The notes under the pieces were generated by a model. The model saw only the letters and a program-made list of their open reading frames with translations, ran no database searches and had not been told where the DNA came from. Positions 41,706-52,003 of a stretch of DNA of 64,000 bases are shown here, one piece after another; within the stretch, counting starts at the first letter, position 1, and each line of letters opens with the position of its first letter. The stretch comes from an uncultured Fimbriimonadales bacterium (lineage in GTDB: Bacteria; Armatimonadota; Fimbriimonadia; Fimbriimonadales; GBS-DC): contig CALKLF010000080.1 of assembly GCA_937992175.1 (NCBI GenBank), positions 2,936 through 66,935 of the forward strand. The letters run 5' to 3'. The translations under genes were made by a program, and so were the position numbers.

Positions 41706-43448
41706 ATGCGATACGGATGGGCGCTCGCCGCAGGGATGGCAATGATGTTGGCAACAACTAATTCTCAACAGGCGGAGTTTCGAGGGTTCTGGGTCGATGG
41801 GTTCAATCAGGGATTCCACACGCCTGAGCAGGTAGATTTGCTTCTGCAGCGCGTGCGCGCCGCGAAGCTAAACGCCGTGATTGTGCAGATGCGCAAGCGC
41901 GGCGACGCACACTACGCTTCGCTCTTGGAGCCGTCGGCAACACAGCAACAGGCTGGCTTCGACGCGCTGGCGTACCTGATTGAGAAAGCGCACCACGAGA
42001 CCCCGCGCGTTGAAGTACATGTCTGGGTGAATAGCCACCCTATCTGGCCTGGCGGTGGCTGGCCCAGCGACCCAAAGCATATCCTGAACCGCTACCCCGA
42101 AATCCAGACCGAAGACTACGACGGCAAGCGCATTACCGAAGTGGGCTACGGCGGCGACTGGGGACACCCGCTCTATCACGAGTGGTTCACCAAAGTCGTG
42201 CTGGACATCGTGCGCCGCTATGATATCGATGGAATCCACTTCGACTACATCCGCTACACGGGCGAGCGGTGGGGCTACAACCCCGTGAGCATCGAGCGGT
42301 TCAATCGTCGCTACGGGCGCACAGGCAAGCCTGACCCCGCTGACCCGCTCTGGAAGCAGTGGCGGCGCGACCAGGTGACGGCAGTGGTGCGTAAGATCTA
42401 CGCACAGGCAACCGCGCTCAAGCCTCGCCTCAAAGTGAGCGCGGCGTTGATTACCTGGGGCGATGGACCCCAAAACACCGACGACTGGGTAAACCGCTCC
42501 GCCTATCGCGCCGTGTTTCAGGACTGGCAGGGCTGGCTCAAAGAGGGCATCCTCGATATGGCGATCCCGATGGTCTACTACAACGAGGCGAACCCGCGCC
42601 ATGCAGAGTTCTATCGCCGCTGGGCGACCTTCCTGAAAGACCACCAGCACGGACGCATCGGGGTTGTGGGGATTGGCAACTATCTCAACAGCATTGAGAA
42701 CACACTCCAGCAGATTGAGTTCGCGCGTGCGCCATCGCCGTCTGGCAATCGGGTCTATGGGGTGAACTTTTTCTCTTACGCCGCGACAACGGGCGTCGGC
42801 ACGGAGGAAGGCGCGCGTCTGTATCAAGAGCCATTCTACGCCGCGCTGGGCGACTACTTCAAAGAATGGGTTCCCACCCCGCCCATGCCGTGGAAGCTTG
42901 CGCCCACAGCGGGACATCTAATGGGAACGGTACTGAACGCCGCCGACCTGACCCCCGTAGAGGGCGCGACCGTGGAAATTTATCAGGCAGGCTCGCTCGT
43001 GCGCACGCTGACCGCCGACGGCAACGGCTTCTTCGCAGCGGTTCACCTGCCCGCAGGCGTCTGCTCGCTGATTGTGCGAGCAGACGGGTTGCCGGCACAG
43101 CAACTCAGCAGCGTCTGGGTCACGGCGGGCATGGGCGTCAATCTCCCCATTCTGCTGGGTGATACGGAAGCCGTCGCCGTGCGTCGTCTGGAAAGCCTCG
43201 CGAATCTGCCCGATGGAACGCCCGTGCTAATCGCAGGCAAAGTGGTCGTGCAGAACTGGCTCTCGCCCGATCTGTCCCTGATTGTGCGCGACGCGCTCAG
43301 CAACGAGACGGTTGAGATTCAGGTCGCCGTACCTGCCCTACCCCTGCTGCAGGGCGACCGGGTGGCGGCGAAGGGGATTGTGCGAACGCGAGCCGACGGA
43401 ACACGAGTGATTGAGAACGCGGTAGCGCAGTGGTTGGGGGCGATATAA
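41706..43448 (+). CDS. Glycoside hydrolase-like 10 (GHL10/YddW-like) protein
   Basis: EFRGFWVD, EVHVW, DIDGIHFDYIRY, QWRRDQVT, FQDW. Confidence 0.9.
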   Translation: MRYGWALAAGMAMMLATTNSQQAEFRGFWVDGFNQGFHTPEQVDLLLQRVRAAKLNAVIVQMRKRGDAHYASLLEPSATQQQAGFDALAYLIEKAHHETPRVEVHVWVNSHPIWPGGGWPSDPKHILNRYPEIQTEDYDGKRITEVGYGGDWGHPLYHEWFTKVVLDIVRRYDIDGIHFDYIRYTGERWGYNPVSIERFNRRYGRTGKPDPADPLWKQWRRDQVTAVVRKIYAQATALKPRLKVSAALITWGDGPQNTDDWVNRSAYRAVFQDWQGWLKEGILDMAIPMVYYNEANPRHAEFYRRWATFLKDHQHGRIGVVGIGNYLNSIENTLQQIEFARAPSPSGNRVYGVNFFSYAATTGVGTEEGARLYQEPFYAALGDYFKEWVPTPPMPWKLAPTAGHLMGTVLNAADLTPVEGATVEIYQAGSLVRTLTADGNGFFAAVHLPAGVCSLIVRADGLPAQQLSSVWVTAGMGVNLPILLGDTEAVAVRRLESLANLPDGTPVLIAGKVVVQNWLSPDLSLIVRDALSNETVEIQVAVPALPLLQGDRVAAKGIVRTRADGTRVIENAVAQWLGAI

Positions 43449-43457
43449 TTAAGAGCG

Positions 43458-43691
43458 ATGAGCGCGGCAGGCAAGGTGTTGCTGGGGCTGGGCGTGGTGC
43501 TGATTCTGGTCGGATTACTGCTCATCGGTTTGGAGCGGCTTGGCGTGCGTGGCTGGCGCATGCCGGGCGATATTGCTATCCATCGTGACGGGTTCCACTT
43601 CTACTTCCCGCTGGGCACGAGCATCCTAATCAGCATTATCCTCACCCTGCTGCTGACTTTCTGGGCGTGGCTAACCGCGCGAGGACGCTGA
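43458..43691 (+). CDS. DUF2905 family membrane protein
   Basis: PGDIAI..FHFYFPLGTSILISIILTLL; typically found next to queA. Confidence 0.9.
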   Translation: MSAAGKVLLGLGVVLILVGLLLIGLERLGVRGWRMPGDIAIHRDGFHFYFPLGTSILISIILTLLLTFWAWLTARGR

Positions 43692-43693
43692 CG

Positions 43694-44704
43694 ATGGATG
43701 CGAGCCTGTTTGACTATGAGCTGCCTGAGGCACTGATGGCGCAGGAGCCTGTGGAGCCGCGCGACCACTCGCGCCTGATGGTGTTGCATCGCGCCGAACA
43801 GACCATCGAGCATCGGCGGTTTTACGAGTTGCCTGAATACCTGCGCGCAGGTGATGTGCTGGTGCTGAATGACACGCGCGTGTCAGCGTGGCGACTTAGA
43901 GGGCACAAACCGACGGGGGGGCAAGCAGAGGTGTTGCTGATTCATCCGCTTGCCGACGGGCGATGGCATGCGCTGGTGAAGCCGGGCAGACGCCTGCCCG
44001 ACGGCAGTCGTGTGCTGGTGGGCGACGCGCTGGAAGTCGTGGTAGAGGGCAGGCTGGAGGGGGGATTGCGCCTTGTACGTCTTATCGGTAACGAGCCACC
44101 CGATCAGATTCTGCCGCGCATCGGACAGGTGCCGCTGCCGCCTTATATCCACAAGCAGCTCACCGACCCCGAACGGTATCAGACCGTATACGCGCATCAG
44201 CCCGGCTCCGCCGCCGCACCGACCGCAGGATTGCACTTCACGCCCGCGCTCCTCGAGCGCCTGAAAGGGCAAGGTGTGCAGATTGTCTCCATCACCCTGC
44301 ATGTGAGTCTCGACACCTTTCGCCCGCTCAAAACCGAGCAGGTGGAGCAGCACAAAATGCACGGGGAGTGGTACACGATTACTCCGGAAGCCGCCGCCGC
44401 TATCAACGCCGCGCGGGGACGCATCGTCGCCGTCGGCACGACCAGTATCCGCACTTTGGAGAGCGCAGCGGTCGACAGGCGCAGAGTCCTGGCGAGTTCC
44501 GCCGAGACGCATCTGTACATTACGCCGGGCTACGAGTTCAAGGTCGTAGACGCGATTATCACCAACTTTCACATGCCGCGCACGACGATGCTGGTGTTAG
44601 TGAGCGCGTTTGCGGGGCGCGAGTTTGTGCTGCGCGCCTATCAGGAAGCCTTGCGCGAGCGGTATCGGTTCCTGAGCTTTGGGGACGCGATGCTAATTTT
44701 ATGA
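43694..44704 (+). CDS. queA: S-adenosylmethionine:tRNA ribosyltransferase-isomerase
   Basis: FDYELP, PLPPYI, YQTVYA, AAPTAGLHFT, TNFH, YRFLSFGDAM. Confidence 0.98.
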   Translation: MDASLFDYELPEALMAQEPVEPRDHSRLMVLHRAEQTIEHRRFYELPEYLRAGDVLVLNDTRVSAWRLRGHKPTGGQAEVLLIHPLADGRWHALVKPGRRLPDGSRVLVGDALEVVVEGRLEGGLRLVRLIGNEPPDQILPRIGQVPLPPYIHKQLTDPERYQTVYAHQPGSAAAPTAGLHFTPALLERLKGQGVQIVSITLHVSLDTFRPLKTEQVEQHKMHGEWYTITPEAAAAINAARGRIVAVGTTSIRTLESAAVDRRRVLASSAETHLYITPGYEFKVVDAIITNFHMPRTTMLVLVSAFAGREFVLRAYQEALRERYRFLSFGDAMLIL

Positions 44705-44743
44705 CGGTACGACGGCGTGGACGCCGCCGTACCGTCGGGTTGT

Positions 44744-46231
44744 TCACGCCCAGTCCTCTGTACGGATACGCGGTGCGCGGGAGATGAACTTGCGCGCCTC
44801 TTCGGGCGTCATGCTGGGGTTCTTGTGCGACAGCCCGAACAGCTTGAGCATCTTGTAGAAGGCGTCGGTGTTGCGAATCAGCCCGTGGAACTCTTCACGC
44901 CCTGCGCCGAGCGCGGTAATCCAGGTATAGTCGGCGGTATGCGAGGTGCCGACCCAGCCGTAGCCGTTGTAGTTGCTCAGGATCTGCCCCAGCAAGCCCT
45001 GCAGGCTGCGGTGCTGACGATTCCAGATAGGCGGCAGGTTGCCTTTGATCGCCCCCGCGAGCGCGTTCGCCTCTTCGCCGTTGATTTCGATGCCCAGCTG
45101 CTCCTTGATAACCGTGCGCACCTCGTCCGCGCCGCTTGCGCTGCGCAGCTTGCCGGGGAGCTCCTCAAAGGAGCATTTCGCGTACTGGAGCAGCGCCATC
45201 GCTTTGTTCGACGCCTCGTACTCGCCACCCATGCCGTTCAAGCCAGGGTTTGAATTGCCGTGGTCGCTGGTGACGACGACGAGCGTATCGTCGCGCTTGG
45301 AAGCGAACTCGTAGACTACTTCCACGGCGTCGTCGAAGGCGAGTTGATCCCACATGATGCCCGCGGCGTCGTTGGCGTGCGCCGCGTGGTCAACGCGCCC
45401 CCCCTCCACCTGCAACAGGAATCCGTTGGGCGCGTCGCCCAAAATCTCCAGCGCCTTGCGCGTCATTTCGGCGAGCGTGGGAACCGTGCGACGCAGTTCT
45501 TCGGAGTGAATATGATCCACTGTGTAGGGCATGTGCGATTCATAAAACAGCCCCAGCACTTTCTCAGGGCGCGCGTTGCTGATGGCTTGCTCGCGGGTAT
45601 TCCAGTAGGTATAGCCCGCGTCCTGATAGGTTCTGATGAGGTCTTTGCCGTCCTTGCGGCGGTTGGGCGCGTAGTGGCGCAACCCGCCGCCCATCAGCAC
45701 ATCGACGATATTCAAATACTGCGGGGCGATGTCGTCCTCATCGTCGCGCCTGGGCTGCACCGCGGCGAAGCCTGCGGGCGTGGCGTGCGTGATGCGTGTG
45801 GTGGTCACCAAGCCCACTTTTTTGCCCGCCTGCTTCACGACCTGCGCAATCGGGGTCAGGCGCGTGCCGTCAGGCAGCACATTAATCTGCCCGTTAAAGA
45901 TGCGGCTGCCGCTGCCCCACGCGCTGGAAGCGGAGGCGGAGTCCGTCACCAGTGAGTTAAGCGACGCCATGTCGAAAAACCCCAGCGTCGCCTCGGGGTT
46001 CTGGAGCAGTTGATACCAGAACGAACCTTTCCCGCGCACCACTTTGCCGAACTCGTCGGCGAGCGAAGGAACGCCCGCGCTCATCCCGTCGGAAACCATG
46101 AAGATGATGTTCTTCACACGCCCCTCGTTGCGGGTGCGTTGCTGCGCGGGGGAGAGTTTCGTAAGCGCCAGCCCCGCCGCGCCCGCCAGACCCAACCTCA
46201 AAATCTCCCTGCGTGTATAGCGGTCATCCAT
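44744..46231 (-). CDS. Alkaline phosphatase with Tat signal peptide
   Basis: TRREIL Tat motif, VSDGM, TDSASA, THATPA, EGGRVDHAAH, TSDHG. Confidence 0.95.
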   Translation of the reverse strand: MDDRYTRREILRLGLAGAAGLALTKLSPAQQRTRNEGRVKNIIFMVSDGMSAGVPSLADEFGKVVRGKGSFWYQLLQNPEATLGFFDMASLNSLVTDSASASSAWGSGSRIFNGQINVLPDGTRLTPIAQVVKQAGKKVGLVTTTRITHATPAGFAAVQPRRDDEDDIAPQYLNIVDVLMGGGLRHYAPNRRKDGKDLIRTYQDAGYTYWNTREQAISNARPEKVLGLFYESHMPYTVDHIHSEELRRTVPTLAEMTRKALEILGDAPNGFLLQVEGGRVDHAAHANDAAGIMWDQLAFDDAVEVVYEFASKRDDTLVVVTSDHGNSNPGLNGMGGEYEASNKAMALLQYAKCSFEELPGKLRSASGADEVRTVIKEQLGIEINGEEANALAGAIKGNLPPIWNRQHRSLQGLLGQILSNYNGYGWVGTSHTADYTWITALGAGREEFHGLIRNTDAFYKMLKLFGLSHKNPSMTPEEARKFISRAPRIRTEDWA

Positions 46232-46246
46232 ATTGGTCGCCTCCGC

Positions 46247-46296
46247 TTAAGGGTACCATACAAAGGTTTAAGGGACAGTTAAGGGAACTTTATAAG
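46247..46296 (-). promoter_or_regulatory. Candidate Pho-box direct repeats
   Basis: TTAAGGG at 46268 and 46279 (11-bp period), degenerate copy at 46290, another at 46247; directly upstream of the phosphatase. Confidence 0.5.
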
Positions 46297-46369
46297 TGCT
46301 TCCTGCGGAAAATACTCCTGCCTGACAATCCCACCTCAGCGCAGGCTGTCTGGCAGCAGCTACTCCTGA

Positions 46370-46893
46370 TTAATCTCCGCCTCCAGCTAACTGCTGAGAC
46401 GCCCGACTCCAGACTCGGGCGCGCCACCACTTCCTCCAGTATGCTGTGGGCGATGAGTTCAGCTCCGACGCGCACGCGTGTGCCACCCTCAATGTCCTCA
46501 TTGTGCAGCCCGCGCAGAATCAGGGGACTGGCGCTGAGGATTTGCACCATCAGCGCGCGCAAGTGCAGCTCATTGTCGGGCAGGCACAGCAGGCGCAGGC
46601 GGTAGACGCGCTCCAGCTCGTTCGCGCCTTCGCCTGTCTGGTCGATTCGGCGGGCAATCGGGCGCAGCAGGGATGTTGCTAATCAGCACCAGCAGCGCGG
46701 CGATAGTCGCAGCGATGAGGTCGCCTGAACCTGCCAGCACGCCGACCGACGCCGCGCCCCAAAGCGTGGCGGCGGTGTTCAGCCCACGCACGTCTGCGCC
46801 CTCACGGATAATCACGCCCGCGCCGAGGAAGCCAATCCCCGACGCCACCTGCGCTGCGATGCGTGTGGGGTTGTTCTCGCCCTCCACCAGCAT
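46370..46893 (-). pseudogene. MgtC/SapB family pseudogene (5' truncated, frameshifted)
   Basis: RIAAQVASGIGFLGAGVI..RGLNTAATLW in one frame; ACT-like C-terminus ...GVSAVSW in another. Confidence 0.8.
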
Positions 46894-46962
46894 GCGACAG
46901 CATTCGTAGCGTCGGCGTCTGCGCCGACGACACACGGCACTTGAAAGCCTGATTGGGATAAG

Positions 46963-48261
46963 CTACTCGTCGCCTAACACCCGCTGTACGGTCGTCTCCA
47001 GGTGGCGCAGGTGATGCTTTAGGCTCAGGCACTGGCGAATCTCATCCTCGCTCAGGTACTGGCGCACTTCGGCGTCGCTGAGCAAGGCGTCAATGAACGC
47101 CACGCGCTCGTCCCACACGCGCGCCGCGTTGCGCTGTACGAGTTTGTAGGCGTGCTCGCGCGGAAGCCCCTTCTGAACCAGCGCGAGCATCACATGCTCG
47201 CTGTAGGGTAGGTCGCCGAGCAGACTCAGGTTGCGTTGCATGTTCTCTGGCAGTATGACCAGTCCGCTGAGAATGCCCGTGAACTTGCGTAGCATCCAGT
47301 GGATGAGCGTGCAGGTATCGGGGATGACAATCCGTTCCACGCTGGAGTTGGTCAGGTCGCGCTCGTGCCATGTGGCGACCGATTCGAGCATCGCGAGCGC
47401 GTTCGCCCGCACAATCCGCGCTAAGCCGCTAATGGTTTCGCAGTTCCACGGGTTGCGCTTGTGGGGCATGGCGGAGGAGCCGGTCTGCCCCTGCGCGAAC
47501 GGCTCCTGCACTTCCAGAATCTCGGTGCGTTGCAGGTTGCGAATCTCGGTAGCGAACTTCTCCAGCGAGGCTGCCAGCACGGCGAAGGCGCACAGCAGGC
47601 TTGCGTGCCGATCGCGCGCGACGATTTGCGTGGAGGCGGGGTCGGGCGTTAAGCCGAGTCGGGCGCACACATACTCTTCGACGCGCGGGTCGACATTCGC
47701 GTGAATGCCTACTGCGCCCGACACTTTGCCGACGCTGATTTCAGGTAGCAGTCGCTCCAGTCGCTGGATGTGCCGCTCCACCTCGGCGTACCAGCCCAGC
47801 AGTTTGAAGCCGAAGGTGATTGGTTCGGCGTGGACGCCGTGCGTGCGCCCAATCATCGGCGTCTGCAGATGCTCCAGCGCGAGTCTGCGTATCTCGGTCT
47901 GCAGCGCGTCACACTCGGCGAGAATCAGCTCCACCGACTGTTTCAGGCGCAGGGCGAGCGCGGTGTCGACCACATCATAGGAGGTCACGCCATAGTGGAT
48001 CCAGCGTCCCGCCTCGCCCACCGTTTCAGCGAGGTTGCGCACGAACGCCATCACATCGTGGCGGGTTTCTTGCTCCAGTTCGGCGATGCGCTGGATGTCG
48101 AAGCGGGCGCGCTCGCGAATGACGGCGGGCGCGTCGGCAGGGATATAGCCGCACTGCGCCAGCCCCTCGCAAATCGCCATCTCCACTTCCAGCCAGGCGC
48201 GGAACTTGCCCTCCTCACTCCAGAGGGCGCGCATTTCGGGCGTCGTGTAGCGGTCAATCAT
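46963..48261 (-). CDS. purB: Adenylosuccinate lyase
   Basis: MIDRY, GRTHGVHAEP, GSSAMPHKRNP. Confidence 0.98.
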   Translation of the reverse strand: MIDRYTTPEMRALWSEEGKFRAWLEVEMAICEGLAQCGYIPADAPAVIRERARFDIQRIAELEQETRHDVMAFVRNLAETVGEAGRWIHYGVTSYDVVDTALALRLKQSVELILAECDALQTEIRRLALEHLQTPMIGRTHGVHAEPITFGFKLLGWYAEVERHIQRLERLLPEISVGKVSGAVGIHANVDPRVEEYVCARLGLTPDPASTQIVARDRHASLLCAFAVLAASLEKFATEIRNLQRTEILEVQEPFAQGQTGSSAMPHKRNPWNCETISGLARIVRANALAMLESVATWHERDLTNSSVERIVIPDTCTLIHWMLRKFTGILSGLVILPENMQRNLSLLGDLPYSEHVMLALVQKGLPREHAYKLVQRNAARVWDERVAFIDALLSDAEVRQYLSEDEIRQCLSLKHHLRHLETTVQRVLGDE

Positions 48262-48327
48262 TGCGGCAAGGAGTATAGCACATGGCGTCTTCGAAGACGA
48301 CTCGGCAGTGTTTTTCGCAGGAAGCCA

Positions 48328-49560
48328 TTACCCCTGTCCGACGCGCTCGTTCCCGCTCGTCCGAATCGCGCCTTGCGATGTTTGAGGCAGTCCCCACGCC
48401 GCCAGTGCGAGCGCAATCACCAGGTCGTCATGCGCCCCTCCTGCGCCCTGCAGGCGCGCGCCGCGGTGGGTAGGCGTCGCTTCGAAGTGATAGAGTTCGC
48501 TCAATAGCGCAGGTTCCGGCAACAGCTGCAGCCTGCCCTGCTCCAGCATCAGGGCTAAATGGTCGATCAGGTTCTGCTTGACCGCGGGTGTGAACACGAC
48601 GCCTTCCGCCTGCGGAATGCCTGCTTCCTGCAACGCCTCCAGCAGCGGGTCGCCCACGCCTGTGCGGTCGCACAGTACGCGCACGGGTTGATACAAGCGC
48701 AGCAGTCCTGCGACGGCTTCGAGTTGCTCCCGCCACGATAGCCCTTGCCAGCGGCGGATGAGCAGCATTTTCGCCCCTTCGCGTGCGCCGCGCAGAATCG
48801 TCAGCGCCGTGTAGTCCTGCCGCCGCGCCCAGTCCACCCCTGCCACCATCAGCCCCTCCTCAGGCAGGTTCTGCTGCAGCGCGCGATCGACCCACTCTGT
48901 GCGGAACACCTGTCCCGCGTCGTCCAGAAACATCGCGCCGTACTCCACCTGAAACTGTCGTGCGCTCATCAGGCTCGCCTGCATCTGCAGCAGGGTGGGT
49001 GAGAGGAGCGGGTTGTGCCATGAGGGGCAGCGCAAGCTCCAGATGTGGACGCCGTCCTCCTGACCCTGTTGGTAGAGGCGATAGAAGTAGTTCTTGCCGC
49101 GCGGGGTGGAGACCAGCGCGAGTTTACCCCCCGTGTCGGCGAGCATTGGCATCAACACTTCGTTAATCACCGATTCGGGCACATAAGCGGCTTCGTCGAC
49201 GATAACCATGTGTGCTTTGCGTCCGCGCAGGAGCATGCCGCCGCGCGCCGCCGAGCGCGCCCAGAGCTTCGAGTCACCCAGTGCGAGCGTGGGAGCGGGC
49301 GTGCGTCGAATTGTCGGGCGCACGCCAGCGCGATGCAGGAACTCAACTGCCCGTTCGAACCCCAGCATCGCCTGCTCCTGTGACGGGGCGACCAGCAACA
49401 CTTGGCGGGGCGCGTCACGGCGCAATGTGCGGGTAATCTCCGCTGCGATGACCTCGGTCTTGCCCCACCGCCTGCCGCACGCCAGCACGCGCACACGCGC
49501 CTCAGAAGCGAGAAAGGCAAGTTGACCCGGATGGGGATGCCAGCCAGAAATCACAACCAT
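48328..49560 (-). CDS. Phage terminase large subunit (Terminase_6-like), intact
   Basis: HPGQ, Walker A GRRWGKT, Walker B VIVDEAA, STPRG, RNase H-like GVDWA..DYT, DRTGVG, HDDLVIALALA; GGGGAG RBS. Confidence 0.92.
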   Translation of the reverse strand: MVVISGWHPHPGQLAFLASEARVRVLACGRRWGKTEVIAAEITRTLRRDAPRQVLLVAPSQEQAMLGFERAVEFLHRAGVRPTIRRTPAPTLALGDSKLWARSAARGGMLLRGRKAHMVIVDEAAYVPESVINEVLMPMLADTGGKLALVSTPRGKNYFYRLYQQGQEDGVHIWSLRCPSWHNPLLSPTLLQMQASLMSARQFQVEYGAMFLDDAGQVFRTEWVDRALQQNLPEEGLMVAGVDWARRQDYTALTILRGAREGAKMLLIRRWQGLSWREQLEAVAGLLRLYQPVRVLCDRTGVGDPLLEALQEAGIPQAEGVVFTPAVKQNLIDHLALMLEQGRLQLLPEPALLSELYHFEATPTHRGARLQGAGGAHDDLVIALALAAWGLPQTSQGAIRTSGNERVGQG

Positions 49561-49794
49561 TACTCCCCCGCCGATTCTGTCGACGCGGTGGGAGACAGGC
49601 AACCCAGATCGACGCCGACGCAAGATGCGCCCTGAATGATAAGCCCTTCCTGCAAAGAATGATCCCGAAAGAGATTCTTCGCTTCGCTCGGAATTTAGGG
49701 CGTCCTTCTTGTCTCAACACTTGCCTCAGAGCCACCCCGCCCCGACCCTCTGGCAAGGGTACGCATGCTTTGCGAGGTACAATACGCGAGGCGT

Positions 49795-50865
49795 ATGAGG
49801 AGACGCGCATTCTGGATCGCTGTGAGTTTCGTGATTATGGCAGCCGTTGGGGTGCGCTTACTCTATCGGTCGCCTGAGGACGCGCAAGAGCGTATGCATG
49901 CGGAGGAGGCGCGTGCGCGGGAGGCGATTGATGCGCTGGCGAGTCTGCCCCCTGAGCAGCAGTTGCCCCTGCTCAGGAAGTATCTATCGCTGGAGTCGCC
50001 TGTTGCGGTGCGCGTGGCGGCAGTGGACAGCGTTGCTCGCGTCGACGCGCCGGAAGCTCGCGCCATGCTGTTCGAGGCGTTGCACGACTACGCCTCGCAG
50101 GTGCGTGTGCGCGTGGCGGAGATGTCGAGCCGTTTACCGCGCGAGGCGGCATCGGAGCTGCTCATCAGCTGCCTGATCGATCACGATACGGTTGTGCGCC
50201 AGACGGCGATTATGCAGCTGCAGTCGCTGCGCGAGCGGCGCGCCGTGGCGCCTCTTATCGAGCTGTTGCGCGACGATCCGAACGAACAGACGCAGCAGAT
50301 GGCGATGAGCGCGCTGCGGGCGATTACGGGGCGGCCCTACTACGCCCGCTACACCGACCCGCCCGAACAGCGTGCGAAGGCGCGTCAGCAGTGGCTGGAA
50401 TGGTGGCGCGACGCCCAGCGCGAATACCCCGCCGTTCAGCCCCAGCTGTATTCCCCGAAACACTCGATGCCCGCGCCCGACATCACCCTGCGCACGCTCG
50501 ACGGCGAGACCATCGCGCTGCGCTCCTCGCCCAAGCCGCTGCTGATTAACTTCTGGGGCACATGGTGCGGCGAGTGCCAATCCGAGCTGCCCGATTTCAT
50601 CCGTTTCCACAACGAGTACGGTGACCGTGTGATGGTGGTTGGGGTGGCATTCGACGAGCCAGCGGGGGAGCAGGGACAGCGCAAGTTCTGCGCCGAGCAG
50701 GGCGTTCGCTATCCGCAGGCACTGGGTACGGAGCGTATTGCCGACGCCTTCCATCTGCACGGCGTGCCCCAGACCCTGCTCATCGATACGCAAGGCAGGA
50801 TTCGCTTCTGGTGGACAGGCGCACGTGACTTCGGCACGCTCCAGCGGGCGCTGCAAATGTTGTAA
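49795..50865 (+). CDS. Membrane-anchored HEAT-repeat plus TlpA-like thioredoxin fusion
   Basis: N-terminal TM, HEAT repeats, INFWGTWCGEC, GVPQTLLID. Confidence 0.88.
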   Translation: MRRRAFWIAVSFVIMAAVGVRLLYRSPEDAQERMHAEEARAREAIDALASLPPEQQLPLLRKYLSLESPVAVRVAAVDSVARVDAPEARAMLFEALHDYASQVRVRVAEMSSRLPREAASELLISCLIDHDTVVRQTAIMQLQSLRERRAVAPLIELLRDDPNEQTQQMAMSALRAITGRPYYARYTDPPEQRAKARQQWLEWWRDAQREYPAVQPQLYSPKHSMPAPDITLRTLDGETIALRSSPKPLLINFWGTWCGECQSELPDFIRFHNEYGDRVMVVGVAFDEPAGEQGQRKFCAEQGVRYPQALGTERIADAFHLHGVPQTLLIDTQGRIRFWWTGARDFGTLQRALQML

Positions 50866-51059
50866 ACTCAAGTTCGTTTGCGCGGAAACAGCCCCGTCGT
50901 CCCGAGCGAGGCGAGAGATCTTGACCGCTTCCGACCTCCCTCGTGGACGGGAGAGGCGGGGCGGGGTCTGCGCTTGCGTTCCCTCCCCGCCGACGATGTT
51001 GCACCACTCGATTTGCCCGTCGGTGTCAGCTCAAGGAGTGAGGGCAACCTGCAACCCCG

Positions 51060-51989
51060 TTATCCTGTCCCCATCAACGCCGTCTGCCACAGTCCGTAGC
51101 CAACGCCGTAGCGGGCGCGCGCGCCGTACAGCACCTTGTCGCGCATAAATACCTGCTCGCTGTCGGGCTTGTCCAGCGCGGCGAACTCCAGCGGCACATC
51201 CCGGCGTTCCTGCAGCACCACCGCCCGCATCGCTCGCGAAGTGTCCAGCAGGAACCACTTGGTCTCATGTGCGCCCGTGATGTAGTGCGACACAATCAGG
51301 CGCAGCTTGCCCTGCAGCACATTCCGATAGGGCGTGAAGTTGTTCGCCGTGTTCGCCTGCACCACAATCGGCGACTCCAGCAGTTCCATCGCCAGCCACT
51401 GCAGCTTGGGACCCACCAGCAGCGTGTCGGGCATGATTCCCATCGGGCGTCCGCGGTCGTCTTTGAACTGCATCATCTGCGCCATCGCCGCCTGCAGGCT
51501 GTTCGTGGAGAGCGCGCCGTTGTAGATATTGCTCTGCAGTCCGCTGTCGCCCTCTTTGTGGTCGGTATCGAACAGGAACTGTCCGTCGTAGCAGCGCCCG
51601 TCAATTGAGCCTCGAATCAACGCCTCGATGACGAGCTGCTCCTTGTGGCGCACGGCTTCCCGCGCCAGATCGCGCACGCGCATCCGAATCATATCGTACT
51701 GCTCGTCCTCCAGAGCGCGTCGCTCGACGGCGATGGACGCTTCCCACACCTGGTCGCTGATAGTGTATTCGTATACGCCCAGCCCTGCAGGTTGGCGTTC
51801 GTCCACCAACTCGCGCATCACGGGCACACTGCCCAGCCAGCCATATTTTTGCACGGGCAGGTTCGTGCGCACAATCGTGGCAATCTGGGGCGTGATACTC
51901 GCTTCATTGAGCTGGCGATAGGCGCGAAAGAACTCCGTGCGCAGCCCCGCCTCCACCAGCGAGAGCAAATCGCTTCGTACTAACGGCAT
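51060..51989 (-). CDS. Mu-like major capsid protein (gpT family, HK97 fold)
   Basis: YGWLGSVPVMRE, CYDGQFLFDTDH, DDRGRPMGIMPDTLLVGP, WFLLDT, YGARARYGVGYGLWQ; GAGGAGG RBS. Confidence 0.92.
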   Translation of the reverse strand: MPLVRSDLLSLVEAGLRTEFFRAYRQLNEASITPQIATIVRTNLPVQKYGWLGSVPVMRELVDERQPAGLGVYEYTISDQVWEASIAVERRALEDEQYDMIRMRVRDLAREAVRHKEQLVIEALIRGSIDGRCYDGQFLFDTDHKEGDSGLQSNIYNGALSTNSLQAAMAQMMQFKDDRGRPMGIMPDTLLVGPKLQWLAMELLESPIVVQANTANNFTPYRNVLQGKLRLIVSHYITGAHETKWFLLDTSRAMRAVVLQERRDVPLEFAALDKPDSEQVFMRDKVLYGARARYGVGYGLWQTALMGTG

Positions 51990-52003
51990 CTCGGCTCACC
52001 TCC

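Noticed and set aside
48311..49657. Terminase gene carried as cargo between MITE-like ends
   Set aside because: The two end motifs point away from the gene rather than enclosing it
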